Source: an uncultured Candidatus Rokubacteria bacterium
GTDB taxonomy: Bacteria; Methylomirabilota; Methylomirabilia; Rokubacteriales; DASRDR01
Assembly: GCA_963826115.1 (NCBI GenBank)
Contig: CAWGVS010000010.1
Coordinates: 192,001-256,000, forward strand
Direction: 5' to 3'
DNA: 64,000 nt
Positions 35,012-43,865 of the stretch are shown piece by piece (position 1 is the stretch's first letter; the number at the start of each line of letters is the position of its first letter). The notes under the pieces are model-generated. The model saw nothing but the letters and a program-made list of their open reading frames with translations, had not been told where the DNA came from and searched no databases. The position numbers were made by a program, and so were the translations under genes.

Positions 35012-37705
35012 ATGACGCCGGGCTCCGGGAAGGGCCGCGCGCTCGCCGGGCTCGCGATCCTCCTGGGCGTCGGCGTGGCGATTCGCGCCGGCGCGGCCGC
35101 CACCGCCGCGCTCTGGTTCGACGAGGCGACCGCCGGCCTGATGGGCCGCCGCACGCTCCTCGGCGACTTCCTCCTGTACTTCCACGGGCAGGCCTACATG
35201 GGCGCCGTCGACGGCTACCTCCATGCCGTCCCGTTCGCGCTCCTCGGGTCGTCGCTCGACACCATCCGGCTCCTCCCGGTCCTGCTCTCGCTTCTTCACG
35301 TGGCCCTCGTCGCGCTCTTCGTCCGGCGCGTCACGGGCGACGGCCGGTGGGCCGCGGTGGTGGCGCTCGTTCCCACGCCGATGCTGCTCAAGTTCGCCCA
35401 CGACGGCCGGCTCTTCTACGACCTCGTCCCCGTCTGCACGCTCCTCCTCCTGCTCCTTGGGCTCCAGGCCGTCGAGGCTCCCACGGCCCCCGGACGCAGC
35501 CGCGCCCTCCTCGTCGCCGGGCTCCTGGCGGGGCTGGCCTGGTGGACGAACCTCATCCACACGGTCGCGATCGTGGCGGTCGCCGGCGTGGTCGTCCTCG
35601 GCCGCCCGCGCCTCCGCCTCGCCGCGCTCGCGGTGCCGGCGACGTTCCTGCTGGGCAGCGCCCCGTTCTGGGTCTTCGCCGCCACGCGCGGCCACCTCGC
35701 GGCGATCCGCACGCCGCTGGCCGCGACCGCGGCGCTGCCCGGTCAGGCGCATCTCCTCCTGACGCACGCGCTCCCGATCCTCCTCGGCCTGCCTCCCCGC
35801 GCGTTGGCGGGCGCGGCCGGACCGGGCCTCGTCGGGATGAGCCTGGTCGTGCTGGCGGCGGCCCTCGCCGTCTGCCTCGCGCGCGGCGGGACGGGCGGCT
35901 GGCTCGTCGCGGGCGTCGTGGCCGTCGGGTCGGCCGCGGTCGTGGTGGCGGAGCACGGGCGGCTGCTCCGAGGCGACGAGCCGCTCTATCTCCTGCCCGT
36001 GGCCGCCGTGCTGCCGGCCGTGCTCGGCATCCTGCTCGCGCAGATCGCCCGGCGCACCGTGGTCGGCGCGCTCGCCCTCACCCTCGTCCTCCTCGGCGGC
36101 CACGCGGCCGGGCTCCGGGCCGCGTACCCCCAGTTGTTCTCGTGGCGGGAGCTGGAAGCCCGGCGCCAGGAGACCCGATGGCCGGTCGCGATGGTCGAGC
36201 GCCTGGTCGCCGCGGGCGAGACCGCGGTCTACACCCACGACCCCGAGGTGCTGACGTTCGCCAGCGCCGAGCGAGTGACGGTCTCGCACTTCTACCAGGA
36301 GCGCTACCCGCCCCTCGCCGACCGCGTGGACGCGGCCCCGAAGGTCGCGTACTTCGCGCCGGAGCGGATCCCGGCGGGCCTGCTCGAGAGCCTGGCCGCC
36401 GCGGGGATCCGCTTCGACCGGGAGGAGACGCCGCGCGGGCCGCTCCTCAGCGGGTTCCGGCTGGAGCCGACCGAACTGCGCGAGATCCCGCCCACCGGGT
36501 GGAGCGCGACGGCGTCGATCCGTCCCGAGCTGGCGGGACACGCGATCGACCGGGACGCGGGCACGCGATGGCGCACCACCGGCCGTCCGGCGGACGCATG
36601 GCTCCAGGTGGACCTCGGTCGCGTGCGCCAGGTCGGCATGGTCGCGTGGCTGCCGGGGAGCTACCAGGAAGTGCCGCTCGGGTTTCGGCTCGAGACGTCC
36701 GTCGACGGCGGCCAGTTCACCGTCGCGCGGGAGGTGCCGGCCTACTACGGCCCGCTGTACTGGGCGGCGGGGCATCCGATGGGACGCGTGCGCTGGGGCC
36801 GCGTGGAGGTCCGCTTCCCGATCCGGCCCGCGCGCCACGTGCGGCTCACGCACCTCGGCCAGGACGACCGCTACCCGTGGACCGTGCGGGAGCTGTTCGC
36901 CTACGAGGCCGGCCAGCCGGACACCGGGTCGCCCGTCGATCCGCGCGAGGCCGCCAGCGCGCTCCTCGCGATGGGCGCCCGGCACGTCTACGCGGACCAC
37001 GGCGAGGGCCCGCGCCTCGTGGCGGCGTCGGGGGAGCGCCTCCTCGCGCCGCCGGACAACGTCGGCGTGGACCGGTACGGTCTCACGCCGCCGCTCGAGC
37101 GGCTCCCGTTCCTGTCGGTCGCGACGGACGCGGCCATCGCCTTCCCGCGCGGCGCGCCGTCGGGGCCGTCGATCGAGGCCGAGCTCCGGGCGGCCGGCGT
37201 CGGCTTCGTCACGCGGGACGCGGGGGGCTACCGGCTCCTCGGCCGGCTGGACGCGGCGGCCCCGCCGGCCCACGCCGCGAGCGCCGTCCCGGTCCGTGTG
37301 TCGGCGGAGCCCGCCGGCGATGACCCGCGCGCCGCGGTGGATGGCCGCGTCTCGACGCGATGGTCGACGCGGGCCCCGCAGGCGCCGGGTCAGTGGCTCG
37401 AGGTCGAGCTGGACGAGCCGGCCGAGCTCGGCGGGCTCGAGCTGGACCTGGGCGGCGCGACGCTCGAGTACCCGCGCGACCTCGCGGTCCGCGTTCCGCG
37501 CGCCGGGGGCTGGGAGGACCTCCGGATCACCGTCCGCTGGGTGGGACCGCTCGTGTGGACCGGCACCCACGTCCTCCGGGCCGGCGTCGAGCGGATCCTC
37601 GTGACGTTCCCGCCCGCGCGGGTCCGCGCCCTCCGCGTGGTCCAGACCGGACGGGAGGCGTTCCATCCGTGGTCGGTGGCGGAGCTCCGGCTGCTCGCGC
37701 CGTGA
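35012..37705 (+). CDS. Membrane glycosyltransferase (GT-C/ArnT-PMT-like) with two discoidin (F5/8 type C) domains
   Basis: WFDEA...YFHGQAYMG after TM1; ~10 TM helices; two [AH]A[IV]D...TRW[RS]T...WL[QE]V[DE]L discoidin repeats. Confidence 0.78.
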   Translation: MTPGSGKGRALAGLAILLGVGVAIRAGAAATAALWFDEATAGLMGRRTLLGDFLLYFHGQAYMGAVDGYLHAVPFALLGSSLDTIRLLPVLLSLLHVALVALFVRRVTGDGRWAAVVALVPTPMLLKFAHDGRLFYDLVPVCTLLLLLLGLQAVEAPTAPGRSRALLVAGLLAGLAWWTNLIHTVAIVAVAGVVVLGRPRLRLAALAVPATFLLGSAPFWVFAATRGHLAAIRTPLAATAALPGQAHLLLTHALPILLGLPPRALAGAAGPGLVGMSLVVLAAALAVCLARGGTGGWLVAGVVAVGSAAVVVAEHGRLLRGDEPLYLLPVAAVLPAVLGILLAQIARRTVVGALALTLVLLGGHAAGLRAAYPQLFSWRELEARRQETRWPVAMVERLVAAGETAVYTHDPEVLTFASAERVTVSHFYQERYPPLADRVDAAPKVAYFAPERIPAGLLESLAAAGIRFDREETPRGPLLSGFRLEPTELREIPPTGWSATASIRPELAGHAIDRDAGTRWRTTGRPADAWLQVDLGRVRQVGMVAWLPGSYQEVPLGFRLETSVDGGQFTVAREVPAYYGPLYWAAGHPMGRVRWGRVEVRFPIRPARHVRLTHLGQDDRYPWTVRELFAYEAGQPDTGSPVDPREAASALLAMGARHVYADHGEGPRLVAASGERLLAPPDNVGVDRYGLTPPLERLPFLSVATDAAIAFPRGAPSGPSIEAELRAAGVGFVTRDAGGYRLLGRLDAAAPPAHAASAVPVRVSAEPAGDDPRAAVDGRVSTRWSTRAPQAPGQWLEVELDEPAELGGLELDLGGATLEYPRDLAVRVPRAGGWEDLRITVRWVGPLVWTGTHVLRAGVERILVTFPPARVRALRVVQTGREAFHPWSVAELRLLAP

Positions 37706-37760
37706 ACCCGGGACCGTGTGGGAGAATGGGCGCCGCGCACCCGCGCGAGGAGGCTTCGGC

Positions 37761-39047
37761 ATGCACGACTTGACGGCGCCGGTCGAGACGCTGCCGCGCC
37801 CGGAGCTCGGGCGGCTCCAGCTCGAGCGGCTGCGCGCGCTCGTGGCGCGGGCAGCCCGCGTGCCGCTCCACCGGGACCGGCTCGCCGCGGCCGGCGTGAC
37901 GCCGGACGGAATCCGCGCGCTCGGCGACATCCGGCGGCTCCCGTTCACGACGAAGACGGACTTCCGCGACACGTACCCGTTCGGCCTCCTTGCTGTGCCC
38001 ATGGACGAGATCGTGCGCATCCACGCGTCCTCGGGGACCACGGGCAAGGCGACCGTCGTCGCCTACACGCGCGGGGACCTGGACGCGTGGACCGAGGTGA
38101 TGGGCCGGACGCTCCGGGCGGGCGGGGTCCGTCCGGGCGACGTCGTGCAGAACGCCTACGGGTACGGGCTCTTCACGGGCGGCCTCGGCTTCCACTACGG
38201 CGCGGAGCACGTGGGCGCGGCCGTCATCCCGGTATCCGGCGGCTTCACCGAACGCCAGCTCGTCGCCTTCCAGGACCTCGGCAGCACCGTGCTCTGCTGC
38301 ACCCCGTCGTACGCGCTCCACCTGGCGGAGGCCATCGAGGAGGCCGGTCTGCCCGCGGCGTCGCTGCGGCTCCGGGTCGGGTTCTTCGGCGCGGAGCCGT
38401 GGACCGAGGCCATGCGGACGGCGATCGAGACGCGCCTCCGCCTGATGGCGCTGAACGTCTACGGGCTGTCGGAGATCACCGGCCCGGGCGTGGCCGTCGA
38501 GTGCCCCGAGCGCCAGGGCATGCACGTGGCCGAGGACCACTTCTTCCCGGAGGTCGTCGACCCGCAGACCCTCGAGCCCGTGCCGCCGGGCGCGACGGGC
38601 GAGCTCGTGCTCACGACGCTCAGCAAGCAGGGGATGCCGCTCCTCCGCTACCGCACCCGCGACCTCACGGCGCTCGATCCCTCGCCGTGCCGCTGCGGCC
38701 GGACGCTGGTGCGCATCGGGCGCATCATGGCGCGGTCCGACGACATGCTGATCATCCGGGGCGTGAACGTCTATCCCTCGCAGGTGGAGCACACGCTCCT
38801 CCAGGTGCCGGAGCTCGCCCCCCACTACCTCCTGGTCATCCGGCGGGAGCACGCCCTCGACACGCTCGAGGTGCAGGTCGAGACGCAGCCCGGCGCCGCT
38901 CCGGCTGACGCGCTGGCGGCCCGCGTCCGCCGGCGCCTGGTCGAGACGCTCGGCGTGACGGCGGTGGTCAGCCTCGTGGCGCCGAAGACGATCGAGCGGA
39001 GCGCCGGCAAGGCCAAGCGCGTCCTCGACCTGCGCCACCAGGCCTGA
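37761..39047 (+). CDS. paaK: Phenylacetate-CoA ligase
   Basis: RIHASSGTTGK, YGYGLFTGGLGFHYG, CCTPSY, FGAEPW, YGLSE, RYRTRD, IIRGVNVYPSQVE, GKAKRV. Confidence 0.93.
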   Translation: MHDLTAPVETLPRPELGRLQLERLRALVARAARVPLHRDRLAAAGVTPDGIRALGDIRRLPFTTKTDFRDTYPFGLLAVPMDEIVRIHASSGTTGKATVVAYTRGDLDAWTEVMGRTLRAGGVRPGDVVQNAYGYGLFTGGLGFHYGAEHVGAAVIPVSGGFTERQLVAFQDLGSTVLCCTPSYALHLAEAIEEAGLPAASLRLRVGFFGAEPWTEAMRTAIETRLRLMALNVYGLSEITGPGVAVECPERQGMHVAEDHFFPEVVDPQTLEPVPPGATGELVLTTLSKQGMPLLRYRTRDLTALDPSPCRCGRTLVRIGRIMARSDDMLIIRGVNVYPSQVEHTLLQVPELAPHYLLVIRREHALDTLEVQVETQPGAAPADALAARVRRRLVETLGVTAVVSLVAPKTIERSAGKAKRVLDLRHQA

Positions 39048-39054
39048 CCCGCGG

Positions 39055-40551
39055 TCAGGCGGCGCGGGCCGAGCCGCGCGCGAGCCGGTGAAGCGTCTCC
39101 GGCGTGACCGGGTCGCCGGCGGGCGGCCGCGGGCCGGCCGGCGACCGGAGCAGGTAGAAGCCCTTGAAGGCGTGCTGCCCCGTGAACTTCAGCCCGACCG
39201 CGGGCGCCGCCGCGCGCGGCTCGGCGAGGCGGAGCGGCGAGCCGAAGGTCGAGTCGTCCCAGTACACGACCACGTCCGGCAGGCGGGACGCGAGGGCCGC
39301 GGCGGCGTCGGGGGCGGTGCGGAACACCCGGTGGACGATGGGCCGGCCGTCGCCGCCCCGCGCCGCGCGGAGAGTCTCCTCGATGCGCCCGACCACGTCG
39401 TCGTAGCCCTCGGGCGGGACGATGCCGCGCGCCTCGCGCCCGCGCAGGTTGACGCGGACCCAGCCGTGCTGGTCGGTCGGCAGCGCGAACGCGGCCGTGC
39501 GCGACCAGTCGTAGGTGGGCACGGCCATCGCGGGCTGCGACAGCGCGCCGGTGATCGTCCGGGGCACGTGCCGGTAATAGAGGTGCTTCACGCCGTCGGG
39601 CAGGCTCCGCTTGACCGCGCGCGCGGCCCGCTCCGCCGCCTCCGACCAGGAATGGTCCCGCCACGGCCGGGGGACGGCGAAGCCGCTCGCGCGGAGCAGG
39701 GCCTCGAGGATCGTCGGGATACCGCGGGCGGGCCGCATCCCGTGGAGCGAGAACACCAGGAGCGTCGCGTGCGGCCCCGCCGCGTCCCGGAGCCGGCCGA
39801 TCTCGCGATCGACGGCCTGGAGCAGCGCGGCCAGGCCGGGCCCGCGCGGCGCGGGCAGGCCGTGGTCCGGGTGCGTGGGATCGACGGTGTGCCACAGGAG
39901 GTGCTCCATGTGGTGCACCTCCGGGAAGACCAGGACGAACAGGTCGGGCCTCGTGTCCGAGAGCAGGCGCAGCGCCAGCCGCCCCCGCTGCTCGACCCCC
40001 TGGATGCAGGTCGCCAGCGCGCCCGCGAGCCCGTCGAGGTCTCGGGGGCCGATTGCGTCGACCCCGCCCGCCGCGAAGGGATGCATTCCGCCCGCGCTGC
40101 GGACGACCGGCTCGAGGGTGGCCGGGAAGACCTCGAGCCGGCCCTTCAGGTAGTCGTGCGCGCCCCAGTCGAGGACCTCGTGGCATCCGGGAATCCCGAG
40201 GAGCGGCGCGAACGGGACGTCGAGCACCGTGACCGACCGGCCCGCCTCCGCATCGCCGCGCCAGAACGGATCGAGGTGGTCCCACGACGGCCGCGCGAGG
40301 TCGAGCGAGTCCGGCCGCCACGCCCATTCCCCGTAGAGCCCGTGCTCGCCGAGTGGCCTGCCGCTCAAGAACGAGGGCCAGAGCCCGCTGCTGCAGGTGG
40401 GTGGCGCCGGCACGACCGGGCCCCAGACGCCCTCCGCGGCGAGGTCGCGCAGGGAGGGGAGGTCGCCCCGCTCCATCAGCCGGCGCACGAGCGTGGGCTC
40501 GGCCGCGTCGATGCCGATCAGGAGGACGGGGCCGGCCTCAGATGGGCTCAT
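39055..40551 (-). CDS. Alkaline phosphatase superfamily / nucleotide pyrophosphatase-like protein
   Basis: LIGIDAA, WPSFLSG...HG, DWSRTAAF, VRVNLRGRE..GIV, TGQH. SDHG motif reads SLHG. Confidence 0.8.
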   Translation of the reverse strand: MSPSEAGPVLLIGIDAAEPTLVRRLMERGDLPSLRDLAAEGVWGPVVPAPPTCSSGLWPSFLSGRPLGEHGLYGEWAWRPDSLDLARPSWDHLDPFWRGDAEAGRSVTVLDVPFAPLLGIPGCHEVLDWGAHDYLKGRLEVFPATLEPVVRSAGGMHPFAAGGVDAIGPRDLDGLAGALATCIQGVEQRGRLALRLLSDTRPDLFVLVFPEVHHMEHLLWHTVDPTHPDHGLPAPRGPGLAALLQAVDREIGRLRDAAGPHATLLVFSLHGMRPARGIPTILEALLRASGFAVPRPWRDHSWSEAAERAARAVKRSLPDGVKHLYYRHVPRTITGALSQPAMAVPTYDWSRTAAFALPTDQHGWVRVNLRGREARGIVPPEGYDDVVGRIEETLRAARGGDGRPIVHRVFRTAPDAAAALASRLPDVVVYWDDSTFGSPLRLAEPRAAAPAVGLKFTGQHAFKGFYLLRSPAGPRPPAGDPVTPETLHRLARGSARAA

Positions 40552-41557
40552 CGAATAGCTCCTGGGGGTTGATCCAGCGCCCCTCCGACGCGGACCGCGC
40601 GCACGCCTCGAGGAGGGCGATCGTCTGGAGGTTGTCGCGGCCGCTCGACTCCGGCTCCACGCCCTCGGCGACGGCGCGTGCGAGCTGGCGGAGCAGCGTG
40701 ACCTCCTCGACCTCGGGTCGCGGGCCGCGGCGGACCAGGCGCGGCAGCCGCCCCCGCTCGCACCACACGAGCCACCGGTGGAAGACATGGAGCGTCCCCC
40801 GGTCGGTGACGGCCCGGAGGTAGAACTCCTGGCCCCGCTCGAAGAACTCGTGGCCGCGCGAATCGTAGGTGGCGGAGAGGGACGCGCGGACGCCGTCCTC
40901 GAACTCGAGCAGGATCTGCATCGACGCGCCGGGCGGCGCCTCGCCCCACGGGAGCGTGAACCGCTGGGCGAGCGCGCGCACGGCGCGCCGGCCCAGCACG
41001 TGGCGAAGACCATCGAGGTGGTGGACGGCGGCCTCCCAGAGCACGGTGTCCCTCATGGTCTGGAGGGCCGGCGCCATCTCCTTCACGCTCCGGTAGGTCT
41101 GCGCCACGATCATGCCGACGCGACCCAGCTCGCCGCCGCGGAGGAGCCGCCCGAGGGTCTGCGGCATCCGCGTGTAGCGGTAGTTCTGGCCCACCATCAG
41201 GGGGACGCGCCGCGCCTCGGCCTGCGCGACGAGCCCGCGCGCCTCGCGGAGGCTCAGGGTGAACGGCTTCTCCACGAGGACGCCGAGACCGCGATCCAGC
41301 GCCGCCCGGCTCGGCTCGACGTGGCAGTCGATCGACGTCGCGACGATGGCCGCCTGCGGCTTTCCGGCGTCCATCGCGGCGTCGAGGCCGGGGTGGACGA
41401 GACCCTCGGCGAGCCCGAGCTCGCGCGCGGCCGCCGTTCGCCGGCCGGCGTCGGGCTCGACCACCCCCGCGAGCTCGAAGCCGGGCGTGGCCTCGAGAAG
41501 GCGGGCCCACTGCCGGCCTCGCGCCCCGAGCCCGAGGACGACTACAGGGAGCGTCAC
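40538..41557 (-). CDS. Gfo/Idh/MocA oxidoreductase
   Basis: VLGLGARGRQW, VLVEKPF, VGQNYRY, AVHHLD. Confidence 0.88.
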   Translation of the reverse strand: MTLPVVVLGLGARGRQWARLLEATPGFELAGVVEPDAGRRTAAARELGLAEGLVHPGLDAAMDAGKPQAAIVATSIDCHVEPSRAALDRGLGVLVEKPFTLSLREARGLVAQAEARRVPLMVGQNYRYTRMPQTLGRLLRGGELGRVGMIVAQTYRSVKEMAPALQTMRDTVLWEAAVHHLDGLRHVLGRRAVRALAQRFTLPWGEAPPGASMQILLEFEDGVRASLSATYDSRGHEFFERGQEFYLRAVTDRGTLHVFHRWLVWCERGRLPRLVRRGPRPEVEEVTLLRQLARAVAEGVEPESSGRDNLQTIALLEACARSASEGRWINPQELFDEPI

Positions 41558-41575
41558 CGCGCGCCCTCGTCTCTA

Positions 41576-42715
41576 GTGTTCCGTCCGCGAAGTCATGTTA
41601 ACGGCCACGCCGGACGGCCTTGGCGATGATGTCCGCCGGGGTCTTGGTCCAGACGAAGGGCGTCGGGTGATCGTTCCAGTGCGCGATGTACTGGTCGATG
41701 TGGCGGATCAGGGCCCGGACGGTGTCGAACGACCCGCGACGCACCGACTTCCGGGTCAGGATCCCGAACCACGCTTCGATCATGTTCAGCCAGGACGCGC
41801 CCTTCGGGGTGAAGTGCAACTGGACCGTCGGATGCGCCTGCGAGCCAGGCCTGCACCGCCGGGGTCGAGTGGGTGGACGAGTTGTCCACCACGACGTGCA
41901 ACTCGCGCCCGCGATACGCACGCGCGAGCCGCTTGAGAAACGCCAGGAAGTCGGCCCCGGTATGCCGGGGGCGACATTCGCCGAGGACCCGCCCACTGGC
42001 CACCTCGAGCGCGGCGTACAGACTCGTCAGGCCGTTCCGCCGGTAGTCATGCGTCTGGCGGGCGGGCAACCCGGGTCGCAACGGGAGCAGCGGCTGCGTG
42101 CGGCTCAGGGCCTGAATCTGCGTCTTCTCATCGAGGCAGAGCACGACCGCGTGCGTGGGCGGATTCAGATACAACCCGACCACGTCTTCGATCTTCTCCG
42201 CCGCCTGCGGATCGGTGGTGAACTTGAACGTCGTCACCCGGTGCGGCTGCAGGGCATGCGCTTTCCAGATCCGATGCACCGTGGTGTGGGACACCCCCGC
42301 CCGGCGGGCCAGCTCCCGGGTCGTCCAGTGGGTTGTTCCCGCCGCGGGGGGGCGGAGCGTGAGGGCCACGACCTGCGCCCGCTGCCGCGCGCTCAGCGTG
42401 GGCGGCCGGCCCGACCGGGGGCGCTCGTGCAAGCCCGCGACGCCGCCCTCGGCAAAGCGGCGCCGCAGGCGACTGACCTGCACCACGGTGTACCCCGTGC
42501 GGTCGGCGATCTCCACGCCGGACAACCCCTGGACCATCAGGAGCACCGCGCGGACGCGGCGACTGAGGCCGGCTCGGACCGACGGGGACCGCTGCAGCCG
42601 CTCCAACTCATGCCGGTCCGCCTCGGTCACGGTGATGGGCCGGATGCGATTGGCCATGGCGATCCTCCTGGAGCATGCCATGGCTAATATTAACTCTACT
42701 TCGGTGACGGAACAC
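41576..42715 (-). mobile_element. IS630-family insertion sequence (~1.14 kb)
   Basis: Imperfect TIRs GTGTTCCGTCcgCGAAGTcatGTTAA / GTGTTCCGTCacCGAAGTagaGTTAA; flanking TA at 41574-75 and 42716-17 (CTAG target); internal transposase. Confidence 0.92.
41598..42657 (-). pseudogene. IS630 transposase, frameshifted near 41840
   Basis: HTH-RSGRP N-terminus, LCLDEKTQIQAL, VVDNSSTH in one frame; HFTPKGASWLNMIEAWF C-terminus in another. One extra G restores AWLAAHPTVQ. May be a sequencing error. Confidence 0.85.
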
Positions 42716-42716
42716 T

Positions 42717-42968
42717 AGCGCGGTCACTCGTGCCGGTCACGATGAGCGCCCGTCGTTCCTTCGGGAGCTTCTCTCCGCTCGGTCTCCTGGAGCTCATCGA
42801 CGCGGTGGCCAACAGGGCGTCCTCGCGTTCCGGCCCGAAATGTTCGACTGGTTCGCACCCGATGGTGGATCTGGTCGAAGGCCTGTTTCCGCGCCTGGTC
42901 TCGAGCGGCGGCTTCTTGCCCACGCGCCACGCCGCGACCCGGACGGGTCCGGTGGTCTCGGTCCGCAT
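42717..42968 (-). pseudogene. Small hypothetical ORF whose last codons are displaced by the IS630
   Basis: MRTETTGPV... with high GC3. Removing the IS and one TA continues the frame ...DRARDEGAR to a TGA overlapping the GTG start of the 41557 gene. Confidence 0.35.
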
Positions 42969-43108
42969 CGCGGCTCGCCCTGGAGGATAGCCGAGGCCAC
43001 GGCGCGTCGCCAGTGTGGCGATGGCGCCTCGTCGCGCGCGGTGGTAGCGTCCCCTCGATGCCGGACGCGAGCGCGGAGAAGCGAACGACACGGCGGGTAA
43101 GGAACCCG

Positions 43109-43824
43109 ATGCGGGTGGTCCTCGCGCGGGCCGTCAACCGGGGGTCGGCCCGGCTGTGGGGATCCTCCTCGGGTTCCGGCTGCGGGGCGCGTGGCAGCGA
43201 TGGCGTTGGGAGCGGCGCTGGAACGACCTCACCGTCCGGCCGAAGTGGAACGTCGACGTGCCCCGGGAGGTCGTGGCGGCGGTCGAGAGCGGGTGGTTCC
43301 CCCGGAGCGCGCGGGTCCTCGACATCGGCTGCGGCAGCGGGCAGGTCGCCGCGTGGCTGGCCGCCCAGGGCTATCCGGCGGTCGGCATCGACTTCTCGAG
43401 GACGGCGCTCGAGCTCGCGCGGCGGCGCTTCCCGGAGACCCCGGGCCGGCTCGAGTTTCACGAGCTCGACGTCTGCCGGACGCTCCCGCCCGGCCCCGAG
43501 TACGGCGTCCTGATCGACTTCCGCTGCTATCACCAGATCCCGCCCGAGGATCGGCGCGGGTACTGGCGGACGATCGCCCGCGCCGCGGCCCCCGGGGCCC
43601 GGCTCCTGCTCATCTCGAAGGCCTTTCGGGGTCGACGGCCGCTGGGCGATCCGATCGAGGTCCAGCAGGTCACGGGCGCGATCGAGGACGGACAGGACGG
43701 CGCGTTCGCGATCGAGCGCGTCACGGAGACCGTGTTCGAGCCGTATCCCGGCGTCGATCCGGATCGGCCGCGTCCCGGCCTTGCCTTCTGGATGGTCCGC
43801 CGGGACGTGCCCGGGCCCACCTGA
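43109..43824 (+). CDS. Class I SAM-dependent methyltransferase (probable indel in G-run near 43140)
   Basis: VLDIGCGSG, GIDFS, LIDFRCYHQI. AAGGA-preceded ATG 43109 joins the 43156 frame if G5 is G6 (NRGVGPAVGILLG). Confidence 0.8.
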
Positions 43825-43865
43825 GCGCCGCCCGCGATCGACCGGCCTGCTCGGTCGGCTACACC

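Noticed and set aside
31087-35154. 1355-aa minus-strand ORF (likewise 25157-28567, 34724-38047, 56979-59393, 20381-22972)
   Set aside because: Antisense shadows of well-supported genes; stops are rare in high-GC3 DNA, and the translations are R/G/P/A-rich with no motifs.
37761-39047. Phenylacetate catabolic (paa) cluster
   Set aside because: Only paaK is present; no paaABCDE/paaZ in the window, and lone paaK genes are common.
41820-41860. Programmed frameshift in the IS630 transposase
   Set aside because: The break is inside the DDE domain with no slippery A-run, not at the usual orfA/orfB junction; it matches the error pattern seen elsewhere.
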